From an uncultured Acidobacteriota bacterium (lineage in GTDB: Bacteria; Acidobacteriota; Vicinamibacteria; Vicinamibacterales; UBA2999), in the NCBI GenBank assembly GCA_963814955.1, contig CAWFEX010000016.1:4105-68104 (forward strand): DNA of 64,000 nucleotides. Reading direction: 5' to 3'. The position numbers were made by a program, and so were the translations under genes. Of the stretch, positions 10,178-18,978 are shown one piece after another (the first letter of the stretch is position 1; every line of letters starts with the position of its first letter). The notes beneath the pieces were generated by a model. The model saw only the letters and a list, made by a program, of their open reading frames with translations, made no database searches and was not told the DNA's origin.

Positions 10178-10462
10178 TCACCACCTTTTGGTTTTGAGAT
10201 TGTGCACGTGCACGTGCCGGCCCTTTGCAATGTCGGCCACGGCACGGCCGACGTCGTATCCGTACTTCAGCACGGTATCGCCGTTCTTGATGTCCCTCAG
10301 CGCGATCTTGTGGCCGAGCGGCACGACGTCGAGCGCATCGATCGTAATTGTTTCGTCGGTTTCCATAATCCAGCCGGTGAGCGCCTTGTTCGGCTGGATG
10401 TCTTCAACAACTGCCACGCCGACACTGTCGGCCTTGTCGTGAACGATGAAATGCGTAGGCAT
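10178..10462 (-). CDS. UxaA family N-terminal SAF-domain subunit
   Basis: ATG at 10462 ([42 protein letters not shown]..). A split SAF domain immediately upstream of the large subunit. Confidence 0.75.
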   Translation of the reverse strand: MPTHFIVHDKADSVGVAVVEDIQPNKALTGWIMETDETITIDALDVVPLGHKIALRDIKNGDTVLKYGYDVGRAVADIAKGRHVHVHNLKTKRW

Positions 10463-10464
10463 CT

Positions 10465-10499
10465 GGTGATTGGCGATTGATGATTGATGATTGGTGATT
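10465..10499. repeat. heptamer tandem repeat (G/A)(G/A)(T/C)GATT x5
   Basis: ggtgatt ggcgatt gatgatt gatgatt ggtgatt, read directly. It starts 3 nt upstream of the SAF-subunit ATG (minus strand). Confidence 0.85.
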
Positions 10500-10519
10500 G
10501 GGGTTCGTCGTCGGTGGTC

Positions 10520-10584
10520 GCGCACGCTGAAGCGTGCGCTCTACAATTGCCCGCCGCGCGCAGGCTACAGTCTGCGCGACCTAC
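10520..10584. repeat. two REP-like hairpins, same orientation
   Basis: GCGCACGC-TGAA-GCGTGCGC 10520-10539 plus CTAC 10541-10544; CGCGCAGGC-TACA-GTCTGCGCG 10557-10578 plus CTAC 10581-10584. Confidence 0.8.
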
Positions 10585-12311
10585 CAGCTAAACATATATA
10601 CCGCACCGGAATCGTCTGCGGAGTTGTCGGCCTGGGCGCCGCTTTTATCGCCGGAGCCACCAGGCGGATTGATCCCCCTGGCCGCGCTGTCTTCGTTGTG
10701 AGCACCGACGGCCATGATTCTGCCGTCGCCGCTCAGCGCCACTCCGCTGCCGAACTCGTCACCCGCGTCGGTGTTTGATCCTTTCACATAGGCGCGCTGC
10801 GTCCACATGGCTCCTGCGCGTGTGAACACATACACTGCCCCCGATTCTTCCGCACGATTCCGGCCTTCGCGCCATGGATCCAGGTGGTCGACAATCAGAA
10901 AGGGCTGCAACGTGGGCGGGTGGATGCCACGCCCGCCATTGTCTTCCACGTACGATGCGACGGCGAGCGTACTGCCGTCGCCGCTCAGTGCCAGCTTGAC
11001 GCCAAAGGAGTTGTACGGCCTCGCGTTGTTGGCTTTGATGAACGCCTGCTCGGTCCAGACGCCGCCGGATCGCACGAACACGTACGCGGCGCCGACCCAG
11101 ATGTTGGCCGCGCCAAGCGGCGGCGAATCATTGTCACAACCCGGCGGATTGATGCCCGGTGTGAGGCAATCCTCATCCCCCGCTCCCGCCGCAATCGTAT
11201 TGCCGTCGTCGCTTATAGCCACCGAATAGCCAAGCTGGTCGGTCGCCTCGGTCCTGGAACCCTTGACGTAGGCCTCTTGCGCCCAGCTGCCAAGCCGTCT
11301 GGTGAAGACGTATAAGGCACCGGATCCGTTCGCACGGTTGTCGTGGGGACCATTGATGGTGCGCGCCGATCCGCGCTCGTCAAAAGCGCTGGCCGCGAGT
11401 GTGTTGCCGTCGAAGCTGAGTGCAACGGCAAACCCGAACAGGTCTCCGGCCTCCAGATGCGAACCCTTGATGTAGGCCTGCTGCGACCACGCGCCGGCAG
11501 TTTGCGCGAAGACGTACACGGCGCCAGACGACTGCTGGGAGTCGTCACGGTCGTCGCCGTTGATCTGCTGGGCGGCGCTGTCTTCGGAGATCGCGCCCAC
11601 GGCGAGAGTCCCGCCGTCGCCGCTCAGCGCCACTGAATAGCCGAACTGGTCGCCATCGCCCAGAGCGTCGCCTTCCCCGGTCCTGCCGGTGTTGGAGGCT
11701 TTGACGTACGCCTGCTGCGTCCAGCCGGCGGCGGTGCGCACGAATACGTAGACCGCGCCAGCCTGCCGAATCGAGTTGTCGTTCTGGGCTCCGTTGACGC
11801 CGGTTGCCGCGCTCGATTCCCAGTGCGCCGTCACCGCCATCGTATTGCCGTCGCGGCTCAGGGCGACCGATGCGCCGAAGTGATCGCTTTGCTCGGTGTT
11901 CGAGGCTTTGACGTATGCCTGCTGGACCCAGATGCCGCCCTGTTGAACGAACACGTAGACGGCACCAGAGGCGTAGGCAGAGTTGTCGTTCTGGTTTCCG
12001 TTTACACCTCTTGCGCCGCTGCTTTCATAGGGTGCTCCCACTGCCATCGTGCTTCCATCGCCACTGATGGCAATGGAGTTGCCGCTATGCCCCTGGTTGC
12101 CTCCGCCGCAGGCGAAGTGATCGTAGGCCTCGGCATTCGAGGCTTTTATGTATGCAATCTGTTTGAGGGGGAGCATCGGCGCCGCGGTTCGTCCCTGCCC
12201 CTGCGAGAACACGCGTCCCTGGGCGATGCAGAGCATCGCGACGATGACCACGCCAACTCCGAAGCGCCGAACCGAGAACCCCAGAACCGAGAATTGTGAC
12301 CGACAGATCAT
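10581..12311 (-). CDS. FG-GAP/integrin-alpha-like 7-bladed beta-propeller protein, exported (paralog 1)
   Basis: Intact 576-aa ORF. About seven repeats of AY(V/I)KASN-x5-D-FG-x-SVALSGDGNT(L/M)AVGA-x-E(D/S)S-x3-G(V/I)NG-x-Q-x-DNS-x3-GAVYVF. Confidence 0.75.
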   Translation of the reverse strand: MICRSQFSVLGFSVRRFGVGVVIVAMLCIAQGRVFSQGQGRTAAPMLPLKQIAYIKASNAEAYDHFACGGGNQGHSGNSIAISGDGSTMAVGAPYESSGARGVNGNQNDNSAYASGAVYVFVQQGGIWVQQAYVKASNTEQSDHFGASVALSRDGNTMAVTAHWESSAATGVNGAQNDNSIRQAGAVYVFVRTAAGWTQQAYVKASNTGRTGEGDALGDGDQFGYSVALSGDGGTLAVGAISEDSAAQQINGDDRDDSQQSSGAVYVFAQTAGAWSQQAYIKGSHLEAGDLFGFAVALSFDGNTLAASAFDERGSARTINGPHDNRANGSGALYVFTRRLGSWAQEAYVKGSRTEATDQLGYSVAISDDGNTIAAGAGDEDCLTPGINPPGCDNDSPPLGAANIWVGAAYVFVRSGGVWTEQAFIKANNARPYNSFGVKLALSGDGSTLAVASYVEDNGGRGIHPPTLQPFLIVDHLDPWREGRNRAEESGAVYVFTRAGAMWTQRAYVKGSNTDAGDEFGSGVALSGDGRIMAVGAHNEDSAARGINPPGGSGDKSGAQADNSADDSGAVYMFSW

Positions 12312-12317
12312 TTTTCG

Positions 12318-14009
12318 TTAGCGAACGAACACGTACACTGCGCCGGAATCGGCCGCCGAGTTGTCGGCCTGATTGCCGTTGATACCCTTCGCCGCGCTGT
12401 CTTCCGAGTGGGCGCCGACCACCATCATCCGGCCGTCGCCGCTGAGCGCGACCCCGCTGCCGAACTCGTCGCCCGCATCCGTGTTCGCGCCTTTGACGTA
12501 CGCGCCAGCCGTCCACGCGGTGCCGCTGCGTGTGTAGAGATACACCGCGCCCGATTCCTCGGCCTCGCTACGGTGCTCTCTCCATCCATTCAGCATGTCC
12601 TGGACGAGGAATTGCTGAAGCATCGGCGGACGGATGCCACGGCCCCCGTTGTCCTCGAGATACGCGGATACGGCCAGCGAATTGCCGTCGCCGCTGAGGG
12701 CGAGCCTCACGCCGAACGAGTTGTACGGCCGCGCATTGGGTGCCTTGATGAACGTCTGTTCCGACCACGTGGTGCCGGTTCGAACGAACACATATGCTGC
12801 GCCGACCCAGATGTTCGCGCCCCGGTTGGGTGGCGCATCGTCGGCACAGCCCGGCGGATCGATGCCCGGCGTCAGGCAGGCCTCGTCCCCGGACCCGAGC
12901 GCGATGGTATTCCCGTCGTCGCTGATGGCCGTCGCAAAGCCAAAGCCATCGCTGGTTTCGCCGCGTGATCCTTTGATGTACGCCTGCTGGCTCCACATCC
13001 CGTTCTGGCGTGTGAAAACGTAGAGCGCGCCGGAATTCTGCGACTCGGTGTTGTCGGGAGGATTGATTCCCCTGCCACCACCGTCTTCATCGAATGCGGC
13101 GGCGGCGAGTGTGTTGCCGTCGAAGCTGAGCGCCACCGAGAACCCTAGACCGTCCCCCGCCCCCACGTTCGCGCTCTTGACGTAGGCCTGCTGCGCCCAC
13201 GTGCTCCCCGTCCGCGTGTACACATACACCGCGCCCGCAGATTGCGCCGAGTCGTTCTTCTGGTCGCCGTTGATCTGCTGCGCCGCGCTATCTTCGCTGA
13301 TGGCACCAACTGCCAGTGTGTTGCCATCGCCGCTCAGTGCGAGCGAGAAGCCGAACTGGTCGCCGTCGCCCACGAGCGTGCCTTCGTTCGCTTTTCCGGT
13401 GTTCGACGCCTTGATGTACGCCTGCTGTGTCCACGTGGTGCCGGTGCGGGTAAAAACGTAGACGGCGCCGGCCTGCGGAATCGAGTTGTCGTTCTGATTG
13501 CCGTTGACGCCGGTGGCGCCGCTCGCTTCCCAATGGGCGGCGACCGCCATCGTCGTACCATCGCGGCTCAGCACGACGGACGACCCGAAATGATCGCTTT
13601 GCCCGGGGTTGGAGGCCTTGACGTAGGCCTGTTGCGTCCACGAGTCACCCTGGCGGACGTACACATAAACGGCTCCCGACGCATACACGGAGTTATCGTT
13701 CTGGTTCCCGTTGACGCCGCTGGCTCCGCCGCTTTCGAACGCCGCACCCACAGCCATCGTGTTTCCGTCGCCGCTCAGTGCGACTGAGTTGCCCGTATGG
13801 CCCTGGTTGCCGCCCCCACATGCGAAGTGGTCGTATGCTTCCGCGTTCGACGCTTTGATGTAGGCGACCTGCTTCAGCGGCAGCATCGGTGGCACTTCCT
13901 TATTGAGCGTCGGTGCTTGTGCACGCAGGTAGCCCGGAATGAAGAGTAGCAGCGCAAAACCAGCTGCAAGGCCGGCATGACGCAAACGACGAGGGCTGAT
14001 ACGTAACAT
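12318..14009 (-). CDS. FG-GAP/integrin-alpha-like 7-bladed beta-propeller protein, exported (paralog 2)
   Basis: Intact 563-aa ORF with signal LLLFIPGYLRAQA. Same repeat architecture; N-terminus near-identical to paralog 1 (MLPLKQ[IV]AYIKASNAEAYDHFACGGGNQGH). Confidence 0.75.
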   Translation of the reverse strand: MLRISPRRLRHAGLAAGFALLLFIPGYLRAQAPTLNKEVPPMLPLKQVAYIKASNAEAYDHFACGGGNQGHTGNSVALSGDGNTMAVGAAFESGGASGVNGNQNDNSVYASGAVYVYVRQGDSWTQQAYVKASNPGQSDHFGSSVVLSRDGTTMAVAAHWEASGATGVNGNQNDNSIPQAGAVYVFTRTGTTWTQQAYIKASNTGKANEGTLVGDGDQFGFSLALSGDGNTLAVGAISEDSAAQQINGDQKNDSAQSAGAVYVYTRTGSTWAQQAYVKSANVGAGDGLGFSVALSFDGNTLAAAAFDEDGGGRGINPPDNTESQNSGALYVFTRQNGMWSQQAYIKGSRGETSDGFGFATAISDDGNTIALGSGDEACLTPGIDPPGCADDAPPNRGANIWVGAAYVFVRTGTTWSEQTFIKAPNARPYNSFGVRLALSGDGNSLAVSAYLEDNGGRGIRPPMLQQFLVQDMLNGWREHRSEAEESGAVYLYTRSGTAWTAGAYVKGANTDAGDEFGSGVALSGDGRMMVVGAHSEDSAAKGINGNQADNSAADSGAVYVFVR

Positions 14010-14021
14010 GGGCGAAACTCC

Positions 14022-15935
14022 TTAGTCGCGGAATTTGACGATGAGGTGCGCCTTGTTCGATGTCCCGTTGCCCCACTGGAGGCCGATTTCCGGGTGCAGT
14101 GGCCATGGATTTCGAACGACGAGGTCATGCCAGCCGGGTTCGCGGAGCAAGCTTCCATCGACGACCACCTGAAGCTCGGATCCGCTCACCGCTTTGAAGG
14201 GTACGGGAACACCTTTGAACAGCACCTGAGATCGCCGGACGAAATTGAAACCCTTGAGCGTGACCGTCGCCGATGGACTCCCCTCGATCACCATCAGAGG
14301 ACTGATCGATTCGATGGCCGGCTGTGGTGATTCCACAGGATTCGGAAGCGGTTGGCCCGGACCAACGGGACGATTGCCGTTGAAGCGGCCGCCGCTGCCA
14401 CCAAAGGCCACCGGCCTGAAGGCATTGACCCATAGCAGGGCATCGACGGGCGCGTTCAATTCGGATTCACGCTTGAATACCGGGTTATAGCCGGCACTGT
14501 ATCCCAACTGCACACGCTTGCCGTTGAAGACCACCGTGTCCACCTGCCGGAGATTTTCGACGTTTTGCAGCGGGTCTGCGTTGACGATGACGATATCGGC
14601 GAGCTTGCCGGCTTCAATGGTGCCGAGATCCTTGCCGCGGTCGATCATTTCGGCCGACCATTTGGTGGCTCCCTGGATGATTTGCATCGGCGTGATGCCG
14701 GCTTCCACGAAAATCAGCATTTCGTGGATCAGGCTGTTGCCCGGCACGCGTGTCGGGTTCGTGTTTGCGCCTGGCACGACGTGCCCGCCAGCATCCGCGA
14801 ACATCTTGTGGAAGCGCAGCGCGTTCCGGTACCCCTGCAGCCTCCGTTCGCGCACCGCGCCGGTTCCGCCCGGACGTCCGCGGTAAGTGGCCAGCGCCGT
14901 CTCGATCCGCTCGGGTGGGTAGTACGACAGCAGCGCAGGATCCGCCGTTTCGAAGAACCGGCGATCTTCCAGCGCGAACTTGTCCCAGTCTCTCTGGAAT
15001 CCTCCATAGGTGGCGCGGAACGTCGGTGTGAGCGCCACGTTCTGTTTGACGAGCAGCTGGATCAGATCCTTGGCCTTGGCCTCGTCCATCTCCGAGTAAA
15101 GGTCCGCTTCGTTTCGCGGATCGTCCTCGCTCGTCACCGGCATGCGTGCCACCGTGCGGCCGATGCCGGCGGAGTGGGGCAGATTGCGCGTTCCCAGCAT
15201 CGCCGCTTCTCGCGGACCGAGCACCGGACCGTACGCGCGCATGAACGTCGGTTTTCCGAGCCGCCGTGCCTCGTCCGCCCCGGCCTTGTAGATGTCCATG
15301 GGCAGGCCGCCTTCGGCGAACTGAATCATGTCCGCACCCAGCTCTACCCAGGCGCGAACCAGCTCGCGCGCCTCCTGAGCCCGTCTTCGGCGTCCGGCCT
15401 GGGCGTGCCAGGAGTTTCGAGGCCGGTGCCGCCCACCGGCTCGGTGGTGAATCTGCGACAGTCCGGTGAAGGGACGCGGTCCGCGCACCAGTCCTTTGTG
15501 CACGCCATCGCGATGAGGCGCGCCAATCTCGCCGGCGATGCCGACATCAATCGTGGACGTGATGCCGTAGTTCAGCATCACCTCGCCGTAATACCAGTTG
15601 TAGCTGACCTGTGAGTCCCATAGCCCGGGCACAATGAACTTTCCATCGGCCCGAATCACTTCAGCGTTGGCCGGAATCGCAGCCTGTCCTCTTCGCGAGA
15701 CACCCGTGATGCGATCGCCTTGGATCGTGATGACGGCATCCGTGATGGGCGCCCCACCGTTGCCGTCGATAAGAGTTCCGCCGTCGATGACGAGTGAAGG
15801 AGGCGCCTGCGCAACGAGCCGAGCAGGCGGAATCGCCGTGATCGCCGCGGCGACGACGCCAACGGAACTGAGAAAAAAGCCGAGCACCCGGCCATTGGGC
15901 AAATTCACGACGTAACTCCTACGAGGCGATTTCAT
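14022..15935 (-). CDS. exported amidohydrolase-family protein with C-terminal IPT/TIG domain
   Basis: ATG at 15935. Motifs LVIDGGTLIDGNGGAPITDAVITIQGDRI.., ..GTIEAGKLADIVIVNADPL.., and a C-terminal IPT-like SPLMVIEGSPSATVTLKGFNF... The Arg-rich stretch at ~15370-15460 reads more naturally in another frame, so a compensated double shift is possible. Confidence 0.7.
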   Translation of the reverse strand: MKSPRRSYVVNLPNGRVLGFFLSSVGVVAAAITAIPPARLVAQAPPSLVIDGGTLIDGNGGAPITDAVITIQGDRITGVSRRGQAAIPANAEVIRADGKFIVPGLWDSQVSYNWYYGEVMLNYGITSTIDVGIAGEIGAPHRDGVHKGLVRGPRPFTGLSQIHHRAGGRHRPRNSWHAQAGRRRRAQEARELVRAWVELGADMIQFAEGGLPMDIYKAGADEARRLGKPTFMRAYGPVLGPREAAMLGTRNLPHSAGIGRTVARMPVTSEDDPRNEADLYSEMDEAKAKDLIQLLVKQNVALTPTFRATYGGFQRDWDKFALEDRRFFETADPALLSYYPPERIETALATYRGRPGGTGAVRERRLQGYRNALRFHKMFADAGGHVVPGANTNPTRVPGNSLIHEMLIFVEAGITPMQIIQGATKWSAEMIDRGKDLGTIEAGKLADIVIVNADPLQNVENLRQVDTVVFNGKRVQLGYSAGYNPVFKRESELNAPVDALLWVNAFRPVAFGGSGGRFNGNRPVGPGQPLPNPVESPQPAIESISPLMVIEGSPSATVTLKGFNFVRRSQVLFKGVPVPFKAVSGSELQVVVDGSLLREPGWHDLVVRNPWPLHPEIGLQWGNGTSNKAHLIVKFRD

Positions 15936-15991
15936 GAACCGAGTTGAATCGCTGGACGGCTGAGGAAGGCCATTATGGTCAACGGTAAAAC

Positions 15992-16033
15992 AAAGGTCAA
16001 AAGTCAAAGGTCAAAGGTCAAAGGTCAAAGGTG
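15992..16033. repeat. heptamer tandem repeat AAAGGTC x6
   Basis: aaaggtc aaaagtc aaaggtc aaaggtc aaaggtc aaaggtg, in the divergent intergenic region between the 15935 (-) and 16096 (+) starts. Confidence 0.9.
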
Positions 16034-16095
16034 GAGAGTGGCAGTCGCACTCAATAGTGCTGCGTGTTCATGATTAGAATCGAAATCTCCAACCT

Positions 16096-17724
16096 GTGAG
16101 AACGAGCGATCTTCGTGCGGACCTGCTCGCGGGGGCCACAGTTGCTCTCGTCGGGCTTCCCCAATGCCTGGCCTACGCGACGATGTCGGGACTGCCACCC
16201 GCGTATGGGCTGACGACCGCCGTTGTTCCGGGGCTGGTGGCGGCCGTCACCAGTCGAAGCCGCTACGTCGTCACGGGTCCCACGAACACGACGGGTCTGC
16301 TGGTCCTCAGTGCGCTCGTGCCGTTCCTGGGTCCAAACGGACTTCTGGATTCGGCGAGTCTCGGCCGCCTCGCCACGTTGACGCTGTTGTGCGGCGTGCT
16401 CCGAATCGTCTTCGCCGTGGGCGGCGGCGCCGTCTTCTTTCGGTTCATTCCAGAATCCGTTCTGACGGGCTTCACCATCGGCGTGGGCATACTGATCGGC
16501 GTGATGCAGCTCGATGAGGCGCTTGGGCTTCCGCCGGTCAATGGAGCCAGCCTCTGGGAGGAGTATCAGGGCATTACGGCGCTGCTGGCGGCGGGGTCAC
16601 GTCCGTCGGCGGCGGCTGCCGCGATTACGCTGACGTGTATCGCAGCGGTGGGGTTTGGCCACCACCTGTGGCGGCGCGTGCCAACCGCGCTGATCGTGGT
16701 CGTGGGAGCAGCAGCGGCAGCGTGGATCTTCGGATTGAATGCGAACCTGGGCGTGCCAATTGTCGGCGATCGGGCCGCTGTGGCGGCAGGGTGGCCGTCT
16801 GGCGCTCTGCCCGATTTACGCCCCGCAGTCATCGGCAGTCTGCTCCTGCCCGCGGTGGCACTCGCGGTGCTCGGCACGCTTGAAATGCTGGTCAGCGTCC
16901 GTGCGGACGACGCCCGGCCGAATGTGCCGCGCGAGATCATGGCGCAAGGCCTTGCCAACATCGCGGGCGCGTTTACCGCGGCTTTTCCGGCGTCGGCGAG
17001 TCTTACACGCTCGGCCTTACTGCGATTTGCGCACCCGCACAGCCGCATTGGCGCGGCCTCGGCCGCGCTTCTGACGTTGCCGATCCTGCTGTTCGGGTCG
17101 CAACTGATTGCCTATATTCCCCAGTCGATTCTGGCAGGCGTGCTGTTCGTCATTGCCGGAACGATGGTGAAGCAGCCGACTGTCGTGCGGGTGTGGAAAG
17201 CTTCCTCCGCAAGCCGGTTGCTGCTTGGCATCACGGTGGCGAGCGCCCTCGTGCTGCCGCTGGTGTGGGCGGTGTTCGTCGGCGCCGGCCTCGGCCTTGT
17301 GATTCATCTGGCAAGAACCAGTGCGCCGCGCGTCCGGGCGTTGACCTTCAAGGATGATCGGCTCGTGGCCGTGGGTGAGGGGCAGAATCCGTCGGTCGTT
17401 GTGCTGGAGGTATCGGGTGCGGTCCATTACGCAGCCGTCGAGTCGCTTCTCCATGATGTCGAACGGCATCTTCCCCCAGCGGTGCAGCTCGTGATCGTCG
17501 ATCTGTCACACGCTCACGAGCTCCGGTTCACGGGCGTGCGCGCCTTCGAGTGGTGGGCCGGCGACCTGGAAAGGCGGGGCATTCGCCTGCGGCTTGCCGG
17601 AGTGATGCCGGAGGTGCGCGATCTGCTCGAAGGCACCGACAGTCACCTCGCGTACACGATGTGGGATCCGGAGCCGGGGCGCAGCGCGTGGAACAGTTTT
17701 CGGGAGGCTGACGGCGCGGCATAG
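16096..17724 (+). CDS. SulP family inorganic anion transporter with C-terminal STAS domain
   Basis: Intact 542-aa ORF with GTG start. Multi-TM N-terminal part (LAGATVALVGLPQCLAYATMSGLPPAYGL) and a STAS-like C-terminus. Confidence 0.85.
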   Translation: MRTSDLRADLLAGATVALVGLPQCLAYATMSGLPPAYGLTTAVVPGLVAAVTSRSRYVVTGPTNTTGLLVLSALVPFLGPNGLLDSASLGRLATLTLLCGVLRIVFAVGGGAVFFRFIPESVLTGFTIGVGILIGVMQLDEALGLPPVNGASLWEEYQGITALLAAGSRPSAAAAAITLTCIAAVGFGHHLWRRVPTALIVVVGAAAAAWIFGLNANLGVPIVGDRAAVAAGWPSGALPDLRPAVIGSLLLPAVALAVLGTLEMLVSVRADDARPNVPREIMAQGLANIAGAFTAAFPASASLTRSALLRFAHPHSRIGAASAALLTLPILLFGSQLIAYIPQSILAGVLFVIAGTMVKQPTVVRVWKASSASRLLLGITVASALVLPLVWAVFVGAGLGLVIHLARTSAPRVRALTFKDDRLVAVGEGQNPSVVVLEVSGAVHYAAVESLLHDVERHLPPAVQLVIVDLSHAHELRFTGVRAFEWWAGDLERRGIRLRLAGVMPEVRDLLEGTDSHLAYTMWDPEPGRSAWNSFREADGAA

Positions 17725-17753
17725 TAAGATTCCGTGCACCCTTGTTCCACGTG

Positions 17754-18257
17754 TCAGTTACCGCATCGGGCATTGACCCGTTCCGTGATCGCGTGGCTGG
17801 TGGGTGGATTCTCTCCGAGTCCAAGAGCATGCAGGAACTCGTGAATCACGATGATCTCGGTTGCCGAGCGATTCTGTTGAAACGCAAGTCTGAACTCCTC
17901 TCCGCACACGCGAATGAACGAAGAGCCGGTCTCTGTGAACGCCAGCGTTCGACGACTCCGGCATTGCGGGGCCCCGCGGTCGTCGAGGAACCGCAACGAA
18001 CGGAAGGCATCGGGCGGATTCTTCCCGCTTGCCACCAGCGTGGTCGAGAGACGCTGGCCGGATTCGTCGGCAAAGTCGGCCAAGACGTCCTGGCAGCCAG
18101 GCCGGGCGAGACGGGCAGCGGCGCCCTCGACCGCGAGCCGCACGGCGACTAACGTTTCCATGCTCCGGAATCCGAAGACCTTTGGTGTTTGGGCACTGGC
18201 GCGCCCTGCCAACAACGCGGTCACAAGGGCGCAGGCAAGAACTCGGTACGAGCACAT
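17754..18257 (-). CDS. small exported HExxH-motif protein (putative zinc metallopeptidase-like)
   Basis: ATG at 18257, signal MCSYRVLACALVTALLAGRASAQ, motif IVIHEFLHALGLGE. Confidence 0.5.
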   Translation of the reverse strand: MCSYRVLACALVTALLAGRASAQTPKVFGFRSMETLVAVRLAVEGAAARLARPGCQDVLADFADESGQRLSTTLVASGKNPPDAFRSLRFLDDRGAPQCRSRRTLAFTETGSSFIRVCGEEFRLAFQQNRSATEIIVIHEFLHALGLGENPPTSHAITERVNARCGN

Positions 18258-18398
18258 GGCCTCCTGCTTTCTGGAGGCCCCTCGCAGCAGTGGCCGAATG
18301 AGCCTCTGCCCAACTGACGCGAGAACCAAGGGCCATCGTGCTCATGGCCTTGACGGCGTACGGTTGGAGCGGCAAGATGGCGCATATTTCTGAGGTCA

Positions 18399-18978
18399 GT
18401 GAGCTCGTCTGAGCCACGACGTGACGGCGCTGCTAAATGCTTGGAGTGCGAGGCGATCCCCGCCGCACGCGACCAGCTCATGACGGTCGTGTATCAGGAC
18501 CTGCGCCGGCGGGCGGCTGGGCAACTGCGCGGCGAGCGCCGCGGGCACACGCTGCAGCCGACGGCCCTCGTGCACGAGGCATATCTGCGGCTGGTCGATC
18601 AGCGCCGGATCGTGTGGCAGAACCGCGGGCAGTTCTTCGGGGTCGCGTGTCAGATGATGCGGCGCATCCTGGTCGATCGTGCCCGCGCCCATCGCATGGC
18701 GAAGCGATCGGGGCAATGGGCACGGGTCACCCTCGACGAAGCGGTGAGGGCGACGCCGCCGGTCGACGTCGACGTGCTCGATCTCGACGCAGCGCTCACG
18801 CGACTGGCGGCGTTCGATCCCCGGAAGAGTCAGCTGGCCGAGCTCCGATTCTTCGGGGGGCTGTCACTCGAAGAGGCCTGCGAGGCTGTCGGGATTTCGC
18901 AGGGCGACTGCCGAACGTGACTGGCAGGCGGCGCGAGCGTGGCTGTTCAAGGAGCTTCGGGGGAAACCGACAGCATGA
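18399..18978 (+). pseudogene. ECF sigma factor, PF07638/TIGR02999-type; 2-3 frame breaks as sequenced
   Basis: Core RGHTLQPTALVHEAYLRLVDQ...FFGVACQMMRRILVDRARAH...LAELRFFGGLSLEEACEAVGIS is in ORF 18399-18920. The N-terminus VTALLNAWSA (GTG 18421, possibly starting at ATG 18377) and the C-terminus ERDWQAARAWLFKELRGKPTA-stop (TGA 18976-18978) are in another frame. Shifts lie near 18450 and at the GGG run 18902-18904. Confidence 0.8.

Noticed and set aside
15992-16033. Tandem repeat arrays (here and at 28148, 36597, 51349, 10465) as CRISPR arrays.
   Set aside because: The period is 7 nt with no spacers, and there are no cas genes in the window. These are microsatellites, not CRISPR.
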